From an uncultured Verrucomicrobiae bacterium (GTDB taxonomy: Bacteria; Verrucomicrobiota; Verrucomicrobiia; Opitutales; JABDGR01): DNA of 64,000 nucleotides. Shown here one piece after another: positions 19,269 to 29,532 of the stretch. The first letter of the stretch is position 1; every line of letters begins with the position of its first letter. The translations under genes were made by a program, and so were the position numbers. The stretch lies in NCBI GenBank assembly GCA_963765205.1, contig CAVXVB010000005.1, positions 384,001 through 448,000 on the forward strand, read 5' to 3'. Below the pieces are notes generated by a model. That model did no database searches and was not told where the DNA came from. It worked only from the letters and a program-made list of their open reading frames with translations.

Positions 19269-20267
19269 ATGGCCGCACCCGTCATCGAAGTCGAGAACCT
19301 GCACCGCAACTTTGGGCAGGTGCGGGCGGTGCGCGGCTTGAGTTTCCGCCTGGAAAAGGGGCAGGTGGCGGGCTTTATCGGCGCCAACGGCGCTGGCAAG
19401 ACGACGACGATGCGCATTCTCGCCACGCTCGATTTGCCCTCGCAGGGGGTGGTGCGCGTCGCGGGCTACGACGTGCTCGAACACCCGGCGCGCGTGCGCC
19501 AGCTCCTGGGCTGGATGCCGGACCACTTTGGCGCGTATCCCAGCATGGACGTGCTGGAATACCTGGACTTTTTTGCGCGCGCCATGGGCCTGCGCGGCAA
19601 GGAGCGCAAAAAGCGCGTGGCCGAGGCGGTGGACTTCACCGAGCTGGGTTCGCTTTTGTCGCGCCCGAGCAACCGCCTCTCGAAAGGCCAGACGCAACGC
19701 CTGTGCCTGGCGCGCACGCTGCTCAACGACCCCGCCATCCTGATTCTCGACGAGCCGGCCGCGGGCCTTGACCCGAAGGCGCGCCTCGAATTCAAAAACC
19801 TGGTGCGCATCCTGGCCGCGCAGGGGAAGTCCATGCTCATCAGCTCGCACATCCTCTCCGAACTGGCCGAGATGTGCGACACGATGCTCTTCATTGACCA
19901 GGGCCAGCTCGTCCACCACGGTTCGGCGGACAGTTTGCGCTTTGACGACCGCAGTGTGCTGTCGGTGCGCGTGCTGGTGCACGGGCCGGTTGAGCCGCTG
20001 CTGGCATGGGCGAAATTGCAGCCCGGCCTGCGCGTGCGCGAGGAAGTCCGCCAAGGCGTGGTGCTGGAGTTGGAGGGCCGGGGCGAAGAGGCCCTGCGCG
20101 ATTTGCTGCGCAGCCTGGTGGCGGCCGGTGTGCCGGTCTTTGAATTTCACCGCGAGCAGCAACGGCTCGAGGAAGCCTTCATCGGCATGTTGCGCCAGCA
20201 AGGCGCGATGGCGCCGCTGCGCAGCGACCGCACGCCGCCCAAACTCCCGCCCACCGGCGGCAACTAA
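19269..20267 (+). CDS. ABC transporter ATP-binding protein
   Basis: GANGAGKT, LSKGQ, ILDEPAAGLDP, ISSHIL. Confidence 0.95.
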   Translation: MAAPVIEVENLHRNFGQVRAVRGLSFRLEKGQVAGFIGANGAGKTTTMRILATLDLPSQGVVRVAGYDVLEHPARVRQLLGWMPDHFGAYPSMDVLEYLDFFARAMGLRGKERKKRVAEAVDFTELGSLLSRPSNRLSKGQTQRLCLARTLLNDPAILILDEPAAGLDPKARLEFKNLVRILAAQGKSMLISSHILSELAEMCDTMLFIDQGQLVHHGSADSLRFDDRSVLSVRVLVHGPVEPLLAWAKLQPGLRVREEVRQGVVLELEGRGEEALRDLLRSLVAAGVPVFEFHREQQRLEEAFIGMLRQQGAMAPLRSDRTPPKLPPTGGN

Positions 20268-20306
20268 GCTCTGTTTTAAAACCCATGAATTTATTCAAGC
20301 AACATT

Positions 20307-20382
20307 CCGTAGCGCGGTGCTTTAGCTCGCGCTTCGAGCCTCACGAATGTCCCGGAGCGCGGGCTAAAGCACCGCGCCACGG
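20307..20382. repeat. REP/REPIN-like inverted repeat pair (GTAG/GTGG-headed)
   Basis: 27-nt arms ccgtagcgcggtgctttagctcgcgct and agcgcgggctaaagcaccgcgccacgg, 2 mismatches, 22-nt spacer. Confidence 0.75.
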
Positions 20383-20428
20383 TTCAAAGCAGCCTTAATA
20401 CACAGTCTAACCCCGCCCCTTATCCGTC

Positions 20429-21971
20429 ATGACGCTCCTTTCCAGCGATTCGTTCAACCCCATGCTCGTGCGGGACCTGCGCCAGTGCCTGCGGTCGAGC
20501 CGGTTCACGGTGATCTTCCTTTTATTGCACACGGGCATGGCGTGTTTTGTGGGCACGGGGCTGCTCTCCGCCTATGGCTCGGATATTCCGGCGATCATCG
20601 TGGGCACGCTGTCCGTGGGGCTTTTTTTATTCTATATCGTAATGTTGCCCCTGTCTTCCGCGACCGCCCTGTCGTCGGAGTTTCTCGATAATCGGATAGA
20701 CCTGCTCAAGCTCACGCAAATGAGCGCGCGCAGTTTGGTGTGGGGCAAGTGGCTGTCGCTGGTGACGCAGGGCCTGCTGGTCATCGCCTCGCTGTTACCC
20801 TACCTGATGCTGACTTATTTTTTCGGTAATGTGAGTTTGGCCTACGTGCTGGAGAGCGTGGTGGCGCTGCTGGCCTTCAACGCGCTGCTGGTGGCCTTGG
20901 GCGTGGCCCTGTCATGCTTGAACAGCCCGGCCTTGCGCATCCTGCTGATTTTACCCTTGGTGTTGTTCTTGTTCGGCGTGTTCTCCAGCGGCCTCTTCCG
21001 GTTCGCCGGCCCCGGGCCGTCCTTTTTCATGCTGACGGCCAGCGCCACCACCAACCTCCTTTACATCGTCCCCGCTCTGTATGTGCTCATCGGGCTGCCG
21101 TTTTTGTTTCTGGCGATGGAATTCGGCGCCTATTGCCTGGCCCCCGCCGCCGAAAACCACGACACGCCACAGCGCCTGATGGTGGTGGGGCTGCTGGCCG
21201 TCGCCGCCGTCGCGATGGGCCTGGATGCGTGGCATCCGACGCTGGCGATGGAAGGCTTCCTGGCCGTCTATTTCTACCTCGCGAGGGTGCTGGTGTTTTG
21301 GGTGATGATGTTCGCCGCGGCCACCGACCCGTCGCCCTATCCCCATACCTACCGGCCGTTTGTGCGCTTCGGGTATTTCGGCAAGCTGGTCGGGCGCGTG
21401 TTTCTCTATCCTGGCTGGAACGTCGTCCACCCCGTTCATCCTGCTGGCTTCGGCGGTTTTTTCCACCCTCGGCCGGGTCTGGGTCACGCGACGCGGGCTG
21501 GACGTGGAGTTCTTGTGGATCGCCGTGATGTATATGTTCCTGCCGCCGGCGCTGCTTTTTCCCCAGGCGGTGGGGTGGCTGCTCGCGGGCCGCACGCGCC
21601 TCGGCCCCGTCGCGCGTTATTTTTTGATCATGATGCTGATGCTGCTCGTCTTCCTGTTCACGATTGCGCTGTATGGCTCGACGGACAAGTCGGCGATTTT
21701 GCTCGTCGCCTGCCTGTTTCCCCCGGACGCGTGGCTATTATTCACCTTTCACTGGATGGACGAATTGAGCCTCGAGTTCGCCTCCATCCTTATTGCCCTG
21801 GTGACCAGCACCCTCACCATCATCGTGGTTTGTGTTCGCGCCCTCAAGACTAAGGACGCCGTCCTCCGGCTCGAAGCCCGCGCCGCCGCCGGCCTCGAAC
21901 CAGCGCAGGCCCCAGTTATGGAATCTCCACGTAGCGAACCCACCTTCCCGCCGCAAGCAGGCGATTTATGA
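20429..21971 (+). CDS. ABC-2-type permease-like polytopic membrane protein; frameshift near 21419
   Basis: NPMLVRDLRQ, SSE...IDLLKLTQMSARSLVWGKW and many TMs. Removing one A in TGG-A-ACG continues the hydrophobic frame to 21971. Confidence 0.75.
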
Positions 21972-22142
21972 ATTATGATTTAAGATTTATAATTTAAGAA
22001 ACAAGAGCCGGAAAGCAGAAATCAAGAAACAGCCAAAGTCTTCCCGAGTACAACATTCACTCTTCTTCTGTTTCATAATTCATAAATCTGAAATCATAAA
22101 TCTGAAGTCTGAAATCTGAAATTTTCAAATCTGAAATACCAA
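21964..22142. repeat. 7-mer tandem-repeat hairpin element
   Basis: atttatgaattatg (21964-21977) is the exact reverse complement of cataattcataaat (22074-22087); followed by repeated aaatctg/aagtctg units. Confidence 0.8.
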
Positions 22143-22158
22143 ATTACCGCCCCTCGCC

Positions 22159-23097
22159 ATGCCCGCCGTCCCCCCCGCCGCTCCCGCCGCGCCCCCCGCC
22201 ATCTCGGCGGGTGGTTTGCTGGCGGCGCACGGCCTGACGCGCGAGGTGCGGGCCGGTTTGCTCGCGCAGGCCGAGGCGATTGCCCCGCGCCTGCGCCTGC
22301 CCTTGCGCGCCGCGCGCGGCGGCCAGGCCGGCCAGTGGCTCGGCGCGGGCATTGGCGCCTCGCTCGAATTTCAGGACCACCGCCAATACCACCCCGGCGA
22401 CGACCCGCGCCACCTGAACTGGGCCGCCTACGCGCGCACCGGCCAGCATACGATGAAAATGTATCGCGAGGAAGTCAGCCCGCGCCTCGATGTCGCGCTG
22501 GATTGTTCAACGTCAATGTTCCTCGCGCCCGCCAAGGCCCGGCGCGTGTTGGAAGTTTTTTCCTTCATCCACGCCAGCGCCCTGCGCGCCGGCGCGTTGC
22601 TGCGCGCCTATCTTGTCGATCCCAATGGCGCGCAGGAGTTGCCCGCCGATTCACTCCGCTCGCAATCGTGGGACCCTCTGCCGCCGGCCAGCCGCACCGC
22701 GCCGCCCGCGCTCCACCGCGTGCCCTGGCGCGCGCAATCCCTGCGCATCGTCATCTCCGATTTGCTATATTCCGCGCCTCCGCAGGACATCCTCGCCCAG
22801 ATTTTGCACACCACCAGCCGAGCCATCGTGTTTTGCCCGTGGAGCGCGAGCGAGGCCGCGCCGGACTGGGACGGCCAGATCGAATTGCGCGACTGCGAGT
22901 CCAGCCAGCGCCGCCTCTTTCAGATGTCCGCCGCGCGCCGCGAACGCTTCCAAGCCAGCTACCGCCGCCATTTTGAATTGTGGAGCGACGCCTGCGCAGG
23001 CCGAGGCGTCCCCTTGGCCCGGCTCGACGAAGACGGCCCGCTGCTGGACTGCCTGATGAAATCCGCGCTGCCTGTCCGCGCCGTCGAATTGGTCTGA
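22159..23097 (+). CDS. DUF58 family protein (MoxR-associated, vWA-like)
   Basis: GASLEFQDHRQYHPGDDPRHLNWAAYART; LDCSTSM; IVISDL. Confidence 0.9.
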   Translation: MPAVPPAAPAAPPAISAGGLLAAHGLTREVRAGLLAQAEAIAPRLRLPLRAARGGQAGQWLGAGIGASLEFQDHRQYHPGDDPRHLNWAAYARTGQHTMKMYREEVSPRLDVALDCSTSMFLAPAKARRVLEVFSFIHASALRAGALLRAYLVDPNGAQELPADSLRSQSWDPLPPASRTAPPALHRVPWRAQSLRIVISDLLYSAPPQDILAQILHTTSRAIVFCPWSASEAAPDWDGQIELRDCESSQRRLFQMSAARRERFQASYRRHFELWSDACAGRGVPLARLDEDGPLLDCLMKSALPVRAVELV

Positions 23098-23110
23098 GCG
23101 AGATCCCCCC

Positions 23111-24899
23111 ATGCACCTGATTTTTGGCAATCCAGCCGGCTGGTGGGCGCTGCTCGGGATTCCCGCGCTCGTATTGATCCATTTTTTGCAGCGGAAAAGC
23201 CGCCGCCTCGAAATCAGCACCATGTTTCTGCTCGAAAAGCAGGAAGTCGAGAGCCGCGCGGGCCGCCGGCTCGAGCGTTGGCGCAGCTCCGTCCTATTCT
23301 GGTTACAGGCCCTCGCCGTGCTTTTGCTCGCGTGGATGCTCAGCCAGCCGCGCTGGGTCGAAAGCGGCACATTGCAACGCGTGGCGCTGGTGCTCGACAG
23401 TTCGCTGGCCATGGAAGCTTTCCGCCCGCAGTGGCAACAAGGCCTGGCCGCCGACACCGCCACGCTCGCCCGCGGCGCCAGCCGCACGGACTGGCTCTTG
23501 CTCGAATCCAACGTCGGCCGCCCGCCGCTCTACCACGGCGAGGATCGGGACGCGCTGCTCCAGGCGCTCGCCGCCTGGCACGCCAACCTCGGCCCGCACG
23601 ACCCCGCCCCCGCGCTGCGCGCCGCGCGCACCGCCGTCGGCAACGATGGGTTGGTATTCTTTGTCACTTACCATCCGCCGCCCGGCGAGACCGCTGCCGG
23701 TCGAGGCGCACCCTCTCGCCTACGGCCACCCGCTGGATAATGTCGGCGTCGGCGCGGCCACCGCGGAAATTCACGATGGACAAGCCGTCTGGCGGGTGCT
23801 GGTGCATAATTATGCGGCCACCGCCCAGACGCGCGCCTGGTGGTTCGAGGCCGGCGGCCAAAAATCGCCTGCCCAAACTGTCACGCTTGACCCGAGCGCG
23901 ACCGTCGCGCTCCAAGGAAACTTCCCGCCGAACACCGACCGCATCATCTTCGCGCTCCAGCCCGATGATTTTTCGCTCGACGACCGCATCCCGCTGGTGG
24001 CGCCGCAGCCTAAGCAACTCGCCATCGCCGTGCAAGGCCCGGCGGATTTTGTCAGTTTCCTCAAGCCCATGCTGCAACTCGCCAGCCAGACCACGCCCGC
24101 TCTGCCGGGCGCAACGCCGGACCTGCAATTCGACCTCGGCGGCAATTTGGCGCCCACTCCCTTTGGCGCTGCGCGCGTTTATTTCGCCGCCGACCCCGCG
24201 GGCGACGGTCCCACCGAAATCCACACGCACCCCGCGCCGGAAAAAGACCCGCTCATGGATGGGCTGAATTGGTCGGGCCTGCTCTTTCACGCGTTGCCGC
24301 CGGTGCCGCCGCAGCCCGACGACACCACGTTGATGTGGGACGGCGCCCAGCCGCTCATCACCTTGCGCGCGCCGCCCAGCCAGGGGCAGACGCTCATTTT
24401 CAACTTTGACCCGCGGCATTCCAACGCGGCCCATTGGCCGGCGTTCGTGATTTTGTTCAACCGCTTCATCGAGCAGGCCCGCCTGCGCAAGCCCGCGTTT
24501 GCGCGCGACAATTTTCCCGCGGGCCAGCCTTTGTCACTCGTGCTGCCGCCCGGCGCGAAAGGCGCGCGCCTCGAAGTTGCGCCCATGGACGACCAGGCCG
24601 CCCACCCGCCCGCCACCGACCTGACGCCCAACGCTGCCGCGCAGGCCCGCGCGCCCAGCCCGCCGTCGTTCTTCACGGTCCAAGTGGACGGCAAGCCGTG
24701 GCTGGACGGCGCGTCGCAATTTCCCGACCCGCGCGAATCGGATTTCCGCGACGCGGCGTCCATTCCGCTTGAAGCGCGCGCGCAAACCACCCGCGAGGAG
24801 GCCAATTCGCAGCCGGACGCGCTGACGCCCCTGTGGCTCCTCGCGCTGCTGGCCGCGCTACTCGCGTCGTGGCGCGAAACGGGCAAAGCCGCGAAATAA
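23111..24899 (+). CDS. BatA-domain / vWA-like membrane protein; frameshift near 23680
   Basis: N-terminal double-TM BatA motif (FGNPAGWWALLGIPALVLIHFL...STMFL), VLDSSLAM, C-terminal TM. Two ORFs joined by a 1-nt indel in CCGCCCGGCG. Confidence 0.75.
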
Positions 24900-24914
24900 A
24901 CCGATTTTGACTCC

Positions 24915-27479
24915 ATGAATTTTGCCACTCCCGCCTGGCTGTTGCTGGTGCCCGCCCTGCTGTTGCTCGGCTGGCAATGGCCGCGCCTGGAATTGCGCCG
25001 GCCGCTGCGGGTGTTGTGCCTGCTGTTGCTCGCGCTCGCGCTGGCCGACCTGCGCTGGCGGCTCTACGAACCGGGCATTGATTTGTGGGTGCTGGTGGAT
25101 CGTTCCGATTCCGCCGCGCCGCTGCTGGGCCCGCGCCTGAACGAGTGGGAGGGCCTGCTGCGCCAGAGCATGGGCCACAACGACCGGCTTTACTTCATTG
25201 ATTTCGGCGACGACGCCGTGGTGCGCCCGGAGGACTTGAGCACGGTGTCCGAAGTTGCCACCGGCGAGACGCGCGTGGCCAACGCGCTGCGGCTGGCGGT
25301 GTCGCGCCATGACCCGAGCCGCGCCACGCGCGCCCTCTTGCTCAGTGACGGCTACCCGACCGAGCCACTCGGCGACATCGGCGAATTGCTCGCGCACGCG
25401 GACATCCCGCTCGACATGCGCCTCGTCGCGCTCGGCACCGGCACGGATTTTGAAGTGACCGAGCTGGACGCGCCCAACCGCACTCCGGCAGGCGAGCCGT
25501 TCGTCCTCGACATGCACCTGCGCGTGGACGGCGTGGCGAATGCGACGGTACCCTACGATTTGGAGCGCGACGGCAAGGTCATCGCCACGGGCACGGCGAA
25601 TTTTCAAAATGGTTTGGCGCGCGTGCGGCTGACCGACCGCATAGACCAGGCCGGCTCGGTCCACTACACCGCGCGGGTGCTGCCCGAAAACGACCCGGTG
25701 CCCGGGAACAACATGGCGGAAACGTGGGTCGAGGCCGTGGCCGCGCCGCGCGTGCTCCTCATCTCGGCCTATCCCGACGACCCGGTGGCCGCCGCGCTCA
25801 CCGCCCATGGCGTGCAAGTGGATTTGGAGACCAACCCGACGACGCTGAACGAAGACCGCCTGAGTGGCGCGCGCGCCGTCATCATCAACAATGTGACCGC
25901 CAGCAACATTCCCGCTGATTTTCTGAAGGCCATTGAATTTTTCGTGGACCAGCAGGGCGGCGGGCTGCTGATGCTCGGCGGCAAGAACAGTTTCGGCACT
26001 GGCGGCTATTACCAATCGCGCCTCGACGACCTGCTGCCCGTTTCGCAGGAGCAGCGCGACGAGAAGCGCAAACTCCGGGTGGCCATGTCCATCGTGCTCG
26101 ACCGCTCCGGCTCGATGCGCGCGTCCGTGCCCAGCAACGGGGGCACGCGCGAGAAAATCGAGCTGGCCGACGCCGGCACCGCCGAGGCGATGCGGCAACT
26201 CGGCGCCAGCAACGTCGTCTCGGTCTTCGCCGTGGACACGCAGGCCTGGGAAATTGTCCCGCAGTCCACCGCCGATCCGGACCGCGACGTCAAAATCCAG
26301 AACGTGCTCGGCATCGCCAGTCAGGGCGGCGGCATCGTCGTGCCCATCGGTTTGCAGGCCGCGTGGAACAATTTGCAACAGACCGACATCGGGGAGAAGC
26401 ACATCATTTTATTCGCCGACGCCAACGACGCCCTCCAGCAAAACGAAGGCACCTTCGACATCGTGCAAAATATCACGAACGGCAACGGCACCATCTCCGT
26501 CATCGGCCTCGGCCATGACACCGACAGCGGCGCGGACTTCCTTCGCAAAGTCGCCGCGGCGGGCAACGGGCGCATTTTCTTCAGCGACGACGCGAACGAC
26601 CTGCCCGCGATTTTCACGCAGGACACCGTGGCCGTGGCCCGCGCCAGTTTCCTCACCGATGCCACGCCGCTGCTATCCACCGCCGGCTGGATGGAACTCG
26701 CCGCGAAGAACCTCGCCTGGCTGCCGAGCGTGGACGCCTATAACGTTTGCTACCTCAAGCCCAAGGCCACCCAGGCGGCCCTGTCCGGCGATGACAACGC
26801 CGCGCCGCTGGTCGCTTTCTGGCAGCACCAGTCCGGCCGCACCGCCGCGGTGATGTTCCCGCTGGCGGGCAACTATTCCGACACCGCGCGCGCCTGGCCG
26901 GGCTACGGCGATTTTATCACCACGCTCACGCGCTGGCTGATGGGCAATGAAACACCCGAGGGCCTGGGCGTCCGCGCGCGGCTCGACGGCGACCAGCTGG
27001 TGCTCGATTTGTTCTACGACCAGCAGCTCGACGCCGACTTGGCGAAGGATTTCCCCACGGCCGTCTATACGCAAAACGGCCAGGACGGTGCGCAGCAGAT
27101 GACTTGGGAACGCCTCGAACCGGGGCATTTTCAAGCGCAGGTGCGCCTCAAGCCTGGGAAGCCCGCGATCGGCGCGGTGCAGGCTGGCCCGTATTCGCTT
27201 CCCTTCGGCCCGCTGGCGCCGGGGCTGGATTTGGAATGGCTGCGCGACCCGGCCGGGCCGCGCTCGCTGCGCGCGCTCGTGGCGGGCAGCGGCGGCAAGG
27301 AACTCACCGAATTGCCCGAGGCCTGGCGCGACCTCGGCCGCCAGTATTACCGTTCGCTGCGCCCGTGGATTTTGACCCTGCTCGCGTTGGCCGTCCTCGC
27401 CGAGGCCCTCGCCACGCGCGTGGATGTGCTCAAGAGCTGGTCGTGGAAAAAAGGGAAGCAGGTCAAAGTGGCGGGGTGA
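24915..27479 (+). CDS. vWA-domain membrane protein with GATase1-like domain
   Basis: LVDRSDS and VLDRSGSM MIDAS motifs, LLLSDG, GGGLLMLGGKNSFGTGGY, N- and C-terminal TMs. Confidence 0.85.
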   Translation: MNFATPAWLLLVPALLLLGWQWPRLELRRPLRVLCLLLLALALADLRWRLYEPGIDLWVLVDRSDSAAPLLGPRLNEWEGLLRQSMGHNDRLYFIDFGDDAVVRPEDLSTVSEVATGETRVANALRLAVSRHDPSRATRALLLSDGYPTEPLGDIGELLAHADIPLDMRLVALGTGTDFEVTELDAPNRTPAGEPFVLDMHLRVDGVANATVPYDLERDGKVIATGTANFQNGLARVRLTDRIDQAGSVHYTARVLPENDPVPGNNMAETWVEAVAAPRVLLISAYPDDPVAAALTAHGVQVDLETNPTTLNEDRLSGARAVIINNVTASNIPADFLKAIEFFVDQQGGGLLMLGGKNSFGTGGYYQSRLDDLLPVSQEQRDEKRKLRVAMSIVLDRSGSMRASVPSNGGTREKIELADAGTAEAMRQLGASNVVSVFAVDTQAWEIVPQSTADPDRDVKIQNVLGIASQGGGIVVPIGLQAAWNNLQQTDIGEKHIILFADANDALQQNEGTFDIVQNITNGNGTISVIGLGHDTDSGADFLRKVAAAGNGRIFFSDDANDLPAIFTQDTVAVARASFLTDATPLLSTAGWMELAAKNLAWLPSVDAYNVCYLKPKATQAALSGDDNAAPLVAFWQHQSGRTAAVMFPLAGNYSDTARAWPGYGDFITTLTRWLMGNETPEGLGVRARLDGDQLVLDLFYDQQLDADLAKDFPTAVYTQNGQDGAQQMTWERLEPGHFQAQVRLKPGKPAIGAVQAGPYSLPFGPLAPGLDLEWLRDPAGPRSLRALVAGSGGKELTELPEAWRDLGRQYYRSLRPWILTLLALAVLAEALATRVDVLKSWSWKKGKQVKVAG

Positions 27480-27511
27480 AATTTCAGCAGAGCGGGTGCA
27501 ATCCCAATGGG

Positions 27512-29215
27512 TCACGGCGACTTCACTGTGCCAAACGCATTGGTGACGACCACGGAATAATCTTCGACGCCGACCGAGGAGGCATTGCTCAGTTTGAGCG
27601 TGGCCGTCGTCGCACCGGACACGCCGTCACCATCCTTCACGGCGACACCGTGGTGCAGCCATTGATAAGAGGGCGCGGGCACCGCAGCGGCGGTGACGGT
27701 AAATGTAGTCGCCGTCGCGTGGTCGGAGGTGTTAATATCAAAGGACACCGGTGCGAGGATGATGGGCGCGAGCGCGGGCGTCCAGCCGAGGACAAAGGCC
27801 GGGTCGCGGTAATTTTTGATCGTGTCGGCATCGTTTGCCATCGTGAGTTGCTTGGAGAACGGCGCGCGCTGGCTGACATCGGCCGGCTGGCCGTCGCTGA
27901 TGTTGGTGCTGTTGTATTCCCAGAAATGCAGGTTGGGCGTGGGCGGGAAGGCGGCCGCGCCCACGGCCGCGCCGCCGCGCGCCGCGGTGTCCAACCGCCA
28001 CGCGGCGGGGGAAATTTGGGGACCGAGCTGGCAATCGAGCAGCACCACTTCGCTGTAGGGATAAGTGGCGGGGGCGATGCGGGCGAGGGTCACATTCGCC
28101 ATGCCGGGGGCCGCGTCAAAAACACAGTGGTTGTAGATGTAGCCGTGGTTGGCGGCCGGGTTGCGAATCTGGGTGTAGGGTGCGCCGCTGGTGAGGGCCT
28201 TGAGTTCGCAGTGCTCGAAAAACACCGGCCCGCGCCCCCACATGTAATCCGTGTCGCCCTCGACATAGCTGTCCGCCACATAGGCCGAGTCGTTGATCTG
28301 CAACGTGTCCTGGTAGCTGTAAAAACTGCAGTGGCTGATAATATTTTGGCCGCCGGTGAGGATGAGCGCCTCGGCCTGCGAGCCGCCTTTGGGCGTCGAG
28401 TTGCGGAAGGTGAGGTTGACGAAGTTCAGGCCGGTCGAGTGGTTGGCGAAAAACGCGCCGCGGTGGTAGGCGCTCGTCGTGGGCTTTTCGTTGGTGTTTT
28501 GCTGGTTGTTGAAACGGTCGTTGTTGGGGTAGCCGATGACCGTCCCCGCGCGATCATCGCCGAGGAAGGTCAGGTTCGACTTGTGCTCGAAATAAACGAT
28601 TTCCACATAGAGGCCCTGGCGGATGAAAATCGTGACGGGCGACACGGGCTGGTCGGGCACAAAATCCACCGCGCCCTGCACGGTGGCGAAATCGCCGGTG
28701 CCGTCGGCGGCGACGACCAGGCGGGTCGCGTCCTTGGCGGGCGGGGCGGCCTTGGTGGTGAAAACCCAGCCGGTGTTGCCGCTGAAACCGGGGAAGGGCT
28801 GGCCGTCCACGAGGATGGCGCCCGGGTCCATCTGCACGTAATAAGTTTTGTGATAGTCGAGCTTATGATTGTGCGGGAAAATGGTCGCGGTGTGGCCGTT
28901 GATGAGGATGGGGTAGAGGCGGAAATCGTTCGCGCCGCCGATGACATAATTTTGCGCGGTGACGGGGATGCCCGTGTCAATCGTCTCGACGAGCTGGTTG
29001 TCGGAGGCGTCGTAGATGCGGACCTGGCCGGTGTTGCCCAGCGTCGGCGTGCCGGCAAAGGTCAACGCCAGTTGGGTGTCGGGGCAGACCGCCGGTGCGT
29101 TGTTTTGAGGCAGGTGGCTGGCGGCCACCAGCCCCGGAGCAGCCGGCTGGGCGGCCAGCGGCACGGCGAGCAAAAGAAACGAGCCAAGGAGCAACAGCAG
29201 CGGCGGGGTTTTCAT
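27512..29215 (-). CDS. Pectinesterase (CE8) with N-terminal Ig-like and C-terminal Ig domains
   Basis: Signal peptide; VVAADGTGDFATVQGAVD, QAEAL, YQDTL, VEGDTDYMWG, LAR; C-terminal YQWLHHG..YSVVVTNAFG Ig domain. Confidence 0.9.
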   Translation of the reverse strand: MKTPPLLLLLGSFLLLAVPLAAQPAAPGLVAASHLPQNNAPAVCPDTQLALTFAGTPTLGNTGQVRIYDASDNQLVETIDTGIPVTAQNYVIGGANDFRLYPILINGHTATIFPHNHKLDYHKTYYVQMDPGAILVDGQPFPGFSGNTGWVFTTKAAPPAKDATRLVVAADGTGDFATVQGAVDFVPDQPVSPVTIFIRQGLYVEIVYFEHKSNLTFLGDDRAGTVIGYPNNDRFNNQQNTNEKPTTSAYHRGAFFANHSTGLNFVNLTFRNSTPKGGSQAEALILTGGQNIISHCSFYSYQDTLQINDSAYVADSYVEGDTDYMWGRGPVFFEHCELKALTSGAPYTQIRNPAANHGYIYNHCVFDAAPGMANVTLARIAPATYPYSEVVLLDCQLGPQISPAAWRLDTAARGGAAVGAAAFPPTPNLHFWEYNSTNISDGQPADVSQRAPFSKQLTMANDADTIKNYRDPAFVLGWTPALAPIILAPVSFDINTSDHATATTFTVTAAAVPAPSYQWLHHGVAVKDGDGVSGATTATLKLSNASSVGVEDYSVVVTNAFGTVKSP

Positions 29216-29532
29216 GAAGGGGTGGGGGTGCGCGGATTGTTAAGGTAAAAGCCAAGGTCGTCAATCCGGGCGGGTGTGCGGGGGGGGTAGAAATTACGGG
29301 GTCTCACGCAGGGATACCGGACGGCCAAGCAGGGCGTCAATGGGAAGGAAAGTCATTTGCGTTTGGATGATAACCGAATAAATGGATAAATGAAAGTGGT
29401 GGGTTGGTTGCACGGGGAAGGTTGGATGGGTTTGATGGGTTGGGAGTGGCGAGGGCTTTTCAGACAACTTCGAGCTTCTCCTGTCTTCCGTCTCCTCTAT
29501 TCTACCTCCTACCTTCCACCTCCTCCCATTCC

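Noticed and set aside
21964..22142. Intergenic repeats as a CRISPR array
   Set aside because: Units are 7-9 nt, tandem, without unique spacers; no cas genes.
27104..29248. Long alternative ORFs such as 27104-29248 (+), 7024-8619 (+), 14001-15539 (-), 15607-17151 (-), 24858-26402 (-), 60546-61922 (+)
   Set aside because: Antisense shadows of well-supported genes in GC-rich DNA; no recognisable motifs.
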